Part shown: piece by piece, positions 9,326 to 18,600 of the stretch
Layout: each line of letters starts with the position of its first letter
Numbering within the stretch: the first letter of the stretch is position 1
Origin: a virus
Taxonomy: Duplodnaviria > Caudoviricetes
Strand: one strand, 5' to 3'
Virus record (IMG/VR): IMGVR_UViG_3300028895_000917
Span: 1 to 60,252 of that record
Length of the DNA stretch: 60,252 nt
Made by a program: the position numbers and the translations under genes
Notes under the pieces: generated by a model
What the model was told of the DNA's origin: nothing
The model's input: only the letters and a program-made list of their open reading frames with translations
Database searches by the model: none

Positions 9326-9351
9326 TGTAAATTTTTCCATCGCTGCGTACA
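9326..9351 (+). promoter_or_regulatory. TGTAAA-class putative promoter
   Basis: TGTAAAT-N13-CGTACA; one of six copies with identical spacing. Confidence 0.6.
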
Positions 9352-9359
9352 AGCAGTAG

Positions 9360-9941
9360 ATGGCACGTACCAGGGTAGCGATCAGCCGTGGGAAGTTTGA
9401 GGACTGGCTCTTCGAGCTTTGTCCTGTCTTCGAGTTCCGGGCCCACTGGGGTGAGAGTGCCTTTGTTTGTCCTCTCTCCAACCATGTTGCGATCGTGCTG
9501 AACATGCGGGGCCACATGAAGCTTGCGTCTCGGAAAACGGGGCGGCTGCTTCGTTTGGATTCAGGAGAAGCAACGCGGCGCTACAACCACGCTACGAAGA
9601 ACTGGGAGGAGAACTGGGCCTACTCGTTCAACGTTCTTCTGGAGAGGCACCGGGACAATCGGAACGAGCTCAACAGGAGGGCCAAGCGTCTGGACAACCT
9701 CCCTGCTCGCACGAAGAAGACGAAGCTCAACCCTCGAACGCAGCAGGCTCTGATCAATGCTCTCGACAAACTCGAGGTGGCAGCGACGAACGCCGGGGAC
9801 AAAAAGACTTCGACCACGGCAGGAGGGGCGATCCGACGCCGAGTTCAGGAAGGGAGACCTCCAACGACGAGGCAGGCGAACTGGCTTCGCGAAAAGTTGG
9901 AGAGGTACAAAATTTACGTTCCATCAGCGGTTGCGGCGTAA
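9360..9941 (+). CDS. basic hypothetical protein
   Basis: ORF between promoter motif and terminator. Confidence 0.6.
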   Translation: MARTRVAISRGKFEDWLFELCPVFEFRAHWGESAFVCPLSNHVAIVLNMRGHMKLASRKTGRLLRLDSGEATRRYNHATKNWEENWAYSFNVLLERHRDNRNELNRRAKRLDNLPARTKKTKLNPRTQQALINALDKLEVAATNAGDKKTSTTAGGAIRRRVQEGRPPTTRQANWLREKLERYKIYVPSAVAA

Positions 9942-9963
9942 CCTCGTCTCCACAAAACTCGAG

Positions 9964-10003
9964 AGCGCGGCTCACACTGAAACGGTGTGGGCCGCGCTTT
10001 TTT
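9964..10003 (+). terminator. intrinsic terminator
   Basis: GC-rich stem AGCGCGGCTCACAC/GTGTGGGCCGCGCT plus T run. Confidence 0.75.
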
Positions 10004-10085
10004 GATGCTTGTGGGTGATTAGGCGCTTCAGGTCCTGCGCTTCGGTTTTCGGTTGATAGCGGGCCCTCTACCAGAGAGGCAGCCC

Positions 10086-10796
10086 GTGGCAACATTTACG
10101 AACTTCCAGGCCCTTCTTCAATTGGGCGGTGGCGGCGGCGGCGGAACGCTGGCGACCATTCTTGCGTCTGGTAACGCCACGGGTGGCTCGGACATCCTTT
10201 TCTCGGCAAGTACCGGCGACGGCATCGACACCGAAAACAACGCGGCGGGTGCGGGCTTCAGTCTCGACATCGAAGGAAGCGATGCGGGTGGTGGAGTCTT
10301 TGCCGGCGGCGACATCAACCTGACCCCAGGGTCCGGCTCCGGAGGCGGCCCCGATGGCGTGGTCAACATTGCCGGCGATCTGATCGTTACCGGAACCGTT
10401 TCGCTGTCGAACCTCATCGTGGGCGCCGGAACTCCCGAGGGTTCTGTCGCGGCTACGGTTTCGACAATTTTCCAACGCACCGACGGCGGTGCGGGCAACT
10501 CGGTCTACTTCAAACAGTCGGGTGCGGCTGCCACGGGCTGGGTCCCGGCAGGTCCTCCGGTGTTTGAAACCTTCGTCGCGGTGGGGGTCCCCACTTTTGT
10601 GACGAGTCGTGCGGTCTTCGACGACACCCTGGCGCTTGGGGTCGAGAACATCGCCGTCTTTTGGAATGGCGTCCTCCAACGCGAAGGCGGTCTCGACGAC
10701 TACACGGTGGTCTTCGGTGGCGCAAGCGCGACGGTGACGCTCACCTCCACGCCCCCTCCGGGTGACTTCATCACAATTCGATACCTCCCGGCCTAG
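10086..10796 (+). CDS. Gly-rich virion/fibre-associated protein
   Basis: LATILASGN, GTPEGSV...RTDG...YFKQSG...TGW and C-terminal VFWNGVLQ...DY...P..GD.ITIRY motifs typical of phage fibre proteins; GTG after GAGAGG. Confidence 0.7.
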   Translation: MATFTNFQALLQLGGGGGGGTLATILASGNATGGSDILFSASTGDGIDTENNAAGAGFSLDIEGSDAGGGVFAGGDINLTPGSGSGGGPDGVVNIAGDLIVTGTVSLSNLIVGAGTPEGSVAATVSTIFQRTDGGAGNSVYFKQSGAAATGWVPAGPPVFETFVAVGVPTFVTSRAVFDDTLALGVENIAVFWNGVLQREGGLDDYTVVFGGASATVTLTSTPPPGDFITIRYLPA

Positions 10797-10848
10797 GCCC
10801 AGCTCCTGACCGTCCCAGCAAGACTCCCGCAGAGAAACGAAAATTCAC

Positions 10849-13800
10849 ATGGCTACCGCTGCACCGACTAGTCTCAACCCTGACGAGCAAGTCAAAAATG
10901 TCCTCACGTACGACGACACGCTTCCGGCCGGTTCGGGCCTTGAGGTTACCGGTAGTGCGATCGAGGACAACATCCACGCGATTCTTTCGCAGCTCAACCG
11001 CATCATCAACTCGACGACTGCGGGCAACGACTGGTTCCAAGGGTTGGTTGCACCCAGCGCTCTCGACCCCGGTACCGTGCGTGGCGTCAACGATATCAAC
11101 GACGACCTTCACAGTATCGAGCGCAAGCGCATCCTCAAGCGCTTGGTCATGGTGGGGGTTGACGTAACCATTGCTGCCGCAGGCAACCAGTTCGTCATTC
11201 TCGATGCGGCCGACATTCCGTCGACCACGACGGCAGCCGTGGGCGCCGTCACCACTACCGGTACGGTCGTGGCAGACGCGAGTGGTTCGTTCGGGACTGC
11301 GCAGCTCACTGAGGTGGCCGGGGCCAACGACCTGCAACCCAAGAACCTTTGTGTTCTGACAGACAACTCCACGGGTGACGTGGTCACTCGTTCTTCGGAT
11401 GGTCGGCAGATCTACGGGCTGCTTCAGTCCGAGAACGCCACGGACGGGTTCACCATCTCGGGGACTACTCCAAACCGTGTCCAGATCAGTTTCGTGGTCC
11501 ACAACTCGACCAACGATGACCTCGAGCTCGTCGCGGCCGGCGACATGGACGGCATCACGTTCGACTATGCCTACGTTCGCCGCGATGCTTTTGCGGATTG
11601 TCCCGAGGAAGCGTGGTTGGGAGACGGCTTCGCGGACACGGGTGTGACCGCAGCGACTCGTCAAGCCGGATACGACAACCAGGGCACGGGCGCGGTGCTC
11701 ACCACGTCCAACGCCACTTTGGACGTGGGCGCGGGGTTCTCCTGGGAGCTCGGTGACGCTGCAAGTGCGGCTCTCTTCACGATCACCGAAGACTCGGGGG
11801 GTGGAGCCACCGACCTGGCCATCGGTGCGGATGTCGATACGTACAACAACAACGCCATCGACGTGAACTTCGACAACGGCCTCACTGCCGACAACGGATC
11901 GAACGCCATCAACATCGGCGTTACGGCCGACCAGATCGACTTCACCGGCAACGGTACTCTGACCGCCTCGAGCGCCAGCACGGTGACCGTGACGGCGGAC
12001 TCGGCCAGCGTCAGCATGACCACCACCACCTCGGGTAACGTGGTCATTAACTCGGCAGGCAGCGTCTCCTCGACGGCTGTGGGCGCCACGGACATCGACG
12101 GTGCAGGTGCGGTGTCCATCAACTCCACGGGTGGCGCAATCAACATCGGTAACGACGCGGATGCTCAGGCGATCAACGTCGGTACGGGTGCGGCTGCTCG
12201 AACCATCACGGTTGGTAACGCCACTGGCGCTACCGCTGTGAACATGGACGCGGGTACTGGAGCCTTCTCCCTCGACTCGACAGTCGGCGGAAGCGCTGCT
12301 CTCATGACCCTGACCACCACGGGCGCTGATGGCGATTCCGTTGAGGTGTTCGTCAGTGACCTGGATCCCTCGGCTGGAGCCGGCATCCCGGCTCCAGTGG
12401 GTTCGACCCTTCATCGTGACTCGGGTGGTACGGGCACTACGGGTGAGATGTGGCTCAAGACGGGCGCAGCGGACACTGCTTGGGAGATCATTATCGTCGG
12501 CACTGCTGGCCAAGAGACGCTTCAAGAAGCATACGAGTTCGGAAACACGATCACCACGAGCGCCCCTGAGGGTCCCTTTGACGTCTCCGGAACCGAGGCC
12601 ATCAGCCTCGATGCTCAGACCGCATCGAACTTCACGGTCGACGGCGCAAACCTCTTGCTGAGCACAACCACTTCTGGTGCTCTTCAGTTGTCTTCGGACG
12701 CCAACATCGTCCAGAGCGCTTCTACCTCTTGGGCCGCTTCTACGGTTACGGGAGCTGCCACCATTACGTCTGGATTGACCGCAACGGTTCAGTCGACCGG
12801 CGATGCAACCTTCCGCTCAACCGGCCAAGGCGGAAACGTGGTGGTTACGACGGCTAACACGGGAGCAGGCGCTGTTGGTGACATCAGCCTCACCGGTGGT
12901 GACTACACGGGTGTGGGATCGGAAACGGGTGGCGGCATCAGTCTCACCGGTGGATCGGCCACTTCCGGTACAGGAAGTGACGGTGGTGAGCTTACGTTCA
13001 CTGCGGGTGACGGATTCGGCGCTTTCTCGGGCGGTGCTGTGACAACTACCGCCGGTGCTGGTGGCGCAACAGGAGACGGTGGTGCAATCCTCATCACCAG
13101 TGGCGCAGGTGGCATTACAAGCGGAGCCAGCGGCAATGTTACGATCTCAAGTGGCGACGTGCCGGTTGGCAACTCAGATGCCAGCGGTAACATTTCGGTG
13201 GGCTCTGCGACGCCCACTGGAACAGGCAACTCAGGCGATGTTGATATCACCACCGGCGACTCCGATAGCGCCGCTGGTGCCCTCTCGATTACTACGGGGC
13301 TGGGCGACACCGCTGGCAACTCCGGCGACATCACCGTTCAAGCTGGAAATAACGTCAATGCTGCTGGCGTCGCTGGCGGTATTGAGATTCTCGCAGGCAT
13401 CGCAACCACAGCAGGTGGTGCCGGTGGCGGGCTTACCCTCCGAGGCGGTGGAAACGTCTCTGCTGGTGGCGTTGGCGTCACTCGGCTGATCGGCTCAGTC
13501 GGACTCAGTCCCGGCGCAGACTCCGGGACCGTTTACATCATCGGATCTAACGCCTCGGCGGCGGGCGGAGATGTGACCATCACGAGCGGTGCAGGCGCAA
13601 CGGCCACAGACACTGGAGTTGTGACGATCGGTTGCGGTGGCTCAAACGCGAACATTCCGTTCGACTCCTCAAGCCTAGTAACCACCGAAGCTCAGCCTGT
13701 CGTGAACTTTGCCAACAATGGCACCGGTGCCGGTCTTGGCGCCGGGGGTTTCATCAACCTCTTTGTCAGTGATCCTGACGATGGTGGTAGCGCAAGCCCG

Positions 13801-14985
13801 AACACGGTGGTCACAGGCCGCTCTGGTTCACTGTTCTTCAAGAACGCTAGCGGAGCCGGATCCGGTGAGCTTTGGCTCAACACTTCGACGGGCGCTTCGG
13901 GCACGGCTTGGGAACAGGTCGTCACAGGCACTTCCCCGGTTACCCTGGAAGAGGCTATTGAGAACACGGGCACTTCCCCGGCGGTCCTCGGTGGTGTGTC
14001 GGGCTCGACGAGCTTTGAGGTGGAGATCCAAGACGGCTCAAACTGGATCTTCTCTGAGAGCGTCGGTGGCCTTAACCTCTTGACGGTTGAAGCCAACTCC
14101 GCAACGAACGCTTCGACGGTGGCTGCCATCGCTGACTCCATCACCCTGACGGGTCAAACCAACACGGGTGCTGCGGGCGGTACCGTAACGGTCTCTGGCG
14201 GAGGTTCGGACACCGCCCCGGGTGCGGTCACGGTCTCAGCCGGCGACCACACCGGAACAGGTGCAGGTGCAGACCTGACGCTCAACGCTGGCGATGGTGG
14301 AACCACTTCCGGCGCTGGCGGCAACGTTGTCGTGAATGCTGGTACCCCCACCGATGGTGACGGTGGTACCGTGACCCTCACTGGTTCGGCCGGTGTGGGC
14401 ACCAACCGCGACGGGGGTAACATCACCCTCGTTCCGGGAGCCAACACCGGCACTGGTGTGGCTGGTGTTGTCGGTGTCGACTCGGCGCTGGGTATCAACG
14501 AGCCGGTGTTCCGGCTCGACCGTGCCGACGGCACCTCAGGCGTGACCATCGACATGTTCAACGGTTCGGTGGATCCCGAAAACAATGTCACCGGCGACGA
14601 GGGCGACGTCTACTTCCGCGACGGTGCCGAGAACGCCATCTACATCAAGGAGACGGGAGACGCCAACAACACCGGATGGGAGCGTGTCACCACGGCGAGC
14701 TCGGCGGTCACACGCCAGTTCTACCAGACCACGATGGCGAGCACTGTGACAGGGCCTGGTGCGATCCAGAACGCCGATTTGAACGGAGGACTTCCCACCA
14801 AACCCACGTCGAATTTCAACTTCGATACCGACGCGGAAATTTACCTCAACGGTATCCTGCTTTGGAATGGTTCCAGTGGTGAAGTCGAAGACGGCACCGG
14901 TGACGAGATCAACCTCGTTGGGTCAGCTCCGACGTTTACAGCCAATGACGTAGTTACGATCATCTACTACACCAACTCCAACTAG
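10849..14985 (+). CDS. large Gly/Thr-rich fibre-like structural protein (1378 aa)
   Basis: GxIxIxxG repeats, three P...G...W knob motifs, C-terminal IYLNGILL...DVVTIIY domain shared with upstream gene. Confidence 0.75.
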   Translation: MATAAPTSLNPDEQVKNVLTYDDTLPAGSGLEVTGSAIEDNIHAILSQLNRIINSTTAGNDWFQGLVAPSALDPGTVRGVNDINDDLHSIERKRILKRLVMVGVDVTIAAAGNQFVILDAADIPSTTTAAVGAVTTTGTVVADASGSFGTAQLTEVAGANDLQPKNLCVLTDNSTGDVVTRSSDGRQIYGLLQSENATDGFTISGTTPNRVQISFVVHNSTNDDLELVAAGDMDGITFDYAYVRRDAFADCPEEAWLGDGFADTGVTAATRQAGYDNQGTGAVLTTSNATLDVGAGFSWELGDAASAALFTITEDSGGGATDLAIGADVDTYNNNAIDVNFDNGLTADNGSNAINIGVTADQIDFTGNGTLTASSASTVTVTADSASVSMTTTTSGNVVINSAGSVSSTAVGATDIDGAGAVSINSTGGAINIGNDADAQAINVGTGAAARTITVGNATGATAVNMDAGTGAFSLDSTVGGSAALMTLTTTGADGDSVEVFVSDLDPSAGAGIPAPVGSTLHRDSGGTGTTGEMWLKTGAADTAWEIIIVGTAGQETLQEAYEFGNTITTSAPEGPFDVSGTEAISLDAQTASNFTVDGANLLLSTTTSGALQLSSDANIVQSASTSWAASTVTGAATITSGLTATVQSTGDATFRSTGQGGNVVVTTANTGAGAVGDISLTGGDYTGVGSETGGGISLTGGSATSGTGSDGGELTFTAGDGFGAFSGGAVTTTAGAGGATGDGGAILITSGAGGITSGASGNVTISSGDVPVGNSDASGNISVGSATPTGTGNSGDVDITTGDSDSAAGALSITTGLGDTAGNSGDITVQAGNNVNAAGVAGGIEILAGIATTAGGAGGGLTLRGGGNVSAGGVGVTRLIGSVGLSPGADSGTVYIIGSNASAAGGDVTITSGAGATATDTGVVTIGCGGSNANIPFDSSSLVTTEAQPVVNFANNGTGAGLGAGGFINLFVSDPDDGGSASPNTVVTGRSGSLFFKNASGAGSGELWLNTSTGASGTAWEQVVTGTSPVTLEEAIENTGTSPAVLGGVSGSTSFEVEIQDGSNWIFSESVGGLNLLTVEANSATNASTVAAIADSITLTGQTNTGAAGGTVTVSGGGSDTAPGAVTVSAGDHTGTGAGADLTLNAGDGGTTSGAGGNVVVNAGTPTDGDGGTVTLTGSAGVGTNRDGGNITLVPGANTGTGVAGVVGVDSALGINEPVFRLDRADGTSGVTIDMFNGSVDPENNVTGDEGDVYFRDGAENAIYIKETGDANNTGWERVTTASSAVTRQFYQTTMASTVTGPGAIQNADLNGGLPTKPTSNFNFDTDAEIYLNGILLWNGSSGEVEDGTGDEINLVGSAPTFTANDVVTIIYYTNSN

Positions 14986-14994
14986 GGGTAAAAT

Positions 14995-15030
14995 AGAAAG
15001 CCCCGGGTCATAATGACCCGGGGCTTTCTT
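14995..15030. terminator. hairpin terminator
   Basis: 16-bp perfect stem AGAAAGCCCCGGGTCA/TGACCCGGGGCTTTCT. Confidence 0.7.
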
Positions 15031-15047
15031 CGGGCTGTGCAACACAA

Positions 15048-15614
15048 ATGGAGAAAAACAAAATGCAGGACGTGGATCGTATGCGTGAGCAGGTCGCTGA
15101 TATGACTTTGAATGCGGAAACCAACGCTCGACTGGCCAACGAATACAAAGAGCTCGTGGCAGAGCACCGCAAACGCTCTGAACGTGAAATTCAGAAACTC
15201 AAACTGATGTTCGAAGTTTTCTCGATGGGGGAAAGGCTGCTTCTTGAAAAAAAAGAGAGCCTCCAAAAAGAGGAAACTGAGGTCGAAGAGTACGTGTTTG
15301 GCGCGATTGACGACGCCATCTCAAACATGGCCGCCCTTTCAAAACAGGCCCAGGAGCAGGTTGTCCGGAACGAGGGAGCCCTGGGTGCTTTTCAGGGGAT
15401 TGAGGAAGTTTTGACGACTAGGGCGCAAAAAGCGACCGCTAGAGCTCGTGGGATGGACATTCAAGGGGCCCGAGCCGTCGGTGTGGCCGAGCGCCGTGGG
15501 CCGGCTCCGGAGCTACAGGAGGCCCCTCAGAGCGCTCCTCAGGCCCCTGTGATGGCCTCTTCACAGGGGCCTCTGGTCTCTGGGTTTCTCGACACGAAAC
15601 CTTCAGGCTCCTGA
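15048..15614 (+). CDS. coiled-coil protein
   Basis: Glu/Lys/Ala-rich helical sequence between the two giant fibre genes. Confidence 0.6.
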   Translation: MEKNKMQDVDRMREQVADMTLNAETNARLANEYKELVAEHRKRSEREIQKLKLMFEVFSMGERLLLEKKESLQKEETEVEEYVFGAIDDAISNMAALSKQAQEQVVRNEGALGAFQGIEEVLTTRAQKATARARGMDIQGARAVGVAERRGPAPELQEAPQSAPQAPVMASSQGPLVSGFLDTKPSGS

Positions 15615-15620
15615 TTCCGC

Positions 15621-15664
15621 GAATGGGCCTATGGGCTGCCCTCTACAGAGAGGCAGCCCATAGG
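15621..15664 (+). promoter_or_regulatory. CTAT-class promoter embedded in an inverted repeat
   Basis: GAAT-gggc-CTAT-N13-CAG; CCTATGGGCTGCC pairs with GGCAGCCCATAGG. Confidence 0.6.
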
Positions 15665-15699
15665 CGGCTGTCTCATTCGCAGACGGAGCCTTTGAAGCT

Positions 15700-18600
15700 A
15701 TGGCCAACCCTCCCGCCAATCGACGCCCAGGTGTAGACGCCGACATTTTCCAAGGACAGTGGGTCCGGGGATTCGACGTTCCGGCGGGCAACGACGACCC
15801 TGCTGCCGACCCCTGCGATCTGATTGTCTCGAACGGCAAAAGTCAGATCGACCAGACGGTCTCGAACCTCATCTTCGCCAGCCGCAAAGACGACATCGGC
15901 CAACCGATCTTCGTCATGGCTCAGGGCGAGACGGCGACCGCTCCCATCGGCACCATCAACTTCCACATCGGTCGTGAGGCGGACCCCAACGGTTTGATCT
16001 CCGGTGTGGGCGGCGGCGCTCTTTACGCGAGCTACGGAACTCCGGGCTTGTGGCAGCTTCAGGCGGACAACACGACCTGGCAGAAGATCTCGGACGACCT
16101 CGGCGGGGAGGACCTCCAACAGACGCTTGCTCTGGGCAACTTCTCGGGCGGCTTCAACATCGTGATGACCAGCGGCGACAGCATCGTCGGCGCTGACAAT
16201 GCCTTGGGGAGCGACGGAGCTCCGGTTCAGTTGCAAGGTGGTGCGGCAACCGGTGCGGCGGGCAACGGTGGTCAGATCATCGCTCGAGGTGGCGACTCTG
16301 CCAACGGTGTCACTGGCAACGTCGAGGTCAGTACGCTCGCGACCACGAGTGGTGCGCAGTCGGGCACTGGTCGCGTTAACATCTTCACGGGCGATTCTCG
16401 TTTCGGAGGTAACTCGGGCGCCATCCGTATCGAGACCGGTAGTGCGGGCGACCCGGCCATCGCAGGCACTGCGGGCACTCTCCAACTCATCGGTGGCCGC
16501 AACTTCAACACTGGTGGGTTCGGCGGCGGCGGTCGCATGGACATGATCGCGGGTCAGGCGACCCAAGACGGCCAGGGCGGCTATGTCCGGATCTTCTCGG
16601 GTAACGCGACGACCACGACTCAGACCATCCCGCTTCCGTTCTTCGTCCAGGGACGTGCTGGTGACGTTCAGATCGGGGCTGGCACTTCGTCGGGCACGAA
16701 CGAGGGTGGTTTCATTCAGCTCACGGCTGGCGTCGGTGGTAGCGGTGGCGGCCCTGGCGGCAACATCCTTTTGAACGTCGGTCCTGGTGGTGGCGGTGCG
16801 GATGATGGCCAGGTCATCTCCAACGGTGTCCTGTCGTCCGACAACATCAAGCGTGGCACCCAAGATCCCAATAGCATCAACCTGGCCGGCAACGAAGGTG
16901 ACGTGTACCAGCGTACGGCTGGAGGTCTTGGCCAGGTTTGGGTCAATACCAATGGCTCGCCTACGGGGTGGCAGCAGCTCGCCTTTGCTGGGGACTTCGT
17001 CGAAGCATTCCAGCAGATGGAGATGGGCTACGTGTCTCCGTCGATGCAGGAGTTCGGCGGTCCCGATACGCAGAAGTACAGCGACATTGGTTTGTACAAG
17101 GGCCTGCGTACCGTCATCAACGGTATCGCTACGGTGACGCAAGGCCGGACGGGTACGGGTCCCGCTCTGGCGATGTTGGTCAACGAGACGATGAACAACG
17201 AGCAAGCCTCGTTGGACATGCAGACTTCTGGTTTGAGCGGTCAGGGTGTCGTTCTACGAAACCGGTTCTTTGCCACGTTCGCTTTGCAAACCGCTTCGAC
17301 GGATGAAGACTCGACACGTTTCTTTGTCGGGCTCTCGGACAACGACATCACGACCCAGCTTTCCTCGGATCTGCCTGGTGGTCGCTATTTGGGCTTCATG
17401 CGAAGCGCCATCAACGGCAACTGGGTGGTCGTTCACCGTGGCGGCGGTGGTGCGAACTTTGTCAACACCGGCGTCTCAAGAAGTACGACGGATGGCGGCG
17501 CTTCCGATGATGTCTACTATTTCGTGATCGATGCGACCGACGGGCTTCTGCCTGTGGTCAGGTTTTTCATCCTCGATCCCGATCTTCAGGTCATCGCGAA
17601 CATCACAGTTCCGAGCAACCTTCCCGGGCCCGGAGAACAGATGTGGCCCGCATTTGGCGTTCGTACCGTCAATGCCGCAGCGGGTTTCGTCAGCGCTCTT
17701 CGCGTCACCAATGCGTCGATCACAACGAAGGCCGCAACCGTTGCTCAAGGCGGAGGTACCGGAACGGGCGGTCTTTCCCTGGCCCAGGTGTTGGTCAACG
17801 GCAACGAGACGGGCCTCAACCCCATCCTCATCAACCAAGGCAGTAGCATCCTCGGTGTCACCGACGACAACGCGGGTGACGGTGCCTTCGTGTCCATCTT
17901 CGGTGGTGCGACGACGCTTGCCACCAACGATACCGGCGGCATCAACGTTGGCTCCGGTAATGCTTTCGGTGGTGGTGCTGAGAACCCTGGCTCGAGCACG
18001 GGTATCGCGGGCTTCGGTTCAGGTTTCCAACTCGGCCTGACTTCGCAAGGCAACACCGGTGTCGTGAACGTCATCAGTGGTGATCACCTCGGCACGGACG
18101 GTGACACGGGAGACATCAACCTTCGAAGCGGTGGGTTCTTCAACGGTGCCGCTGGTACACGCGAGCAGGGTGATGTGAACATCGCTCCCGGTTCGTTCAT
18201 CCCGAACCCGGCGACGGTCACAGGTGACTTGGTCCTCAAGGGCGGTAGCTCGAATCTTTCGGGTATCGTCGGTGGTGACGTGATCATCATGTCGGGCGAG
18301 AACAACTCGCCGTCCGGCAACACGGGTGACATCGTCATCGAGACCTTCGATGCGCTGACGGCTGGGGACTCCGGTGGTCTGGACCTGAGCACGGGTAGTG
18401 CGGGTGCGGTCAGTGGAGACTCGGGTAACCTGACCATCGCAACCGGTGCGGCCCCTGGGGGGAACTCAGGCTTCATCGCTCTTGTGACGGACAACGCCGG
18501 TAACGGCGCTGCGGGTCCAATGCTGCTGAGCATCGGCGGCACGACGCTCGGAGATGGCTCTGACATCTTCGTCAATGCCGGCTCCACCACCGATGCGGCG

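Noticed and set aside
3739-15030. N4-like hairpin promoters (TATAGT and CATAAT in the loops of the hairpins at 3739 and 14995)
   Set aside because: Only two cases, loops differ, and both are adequately explained as terminators
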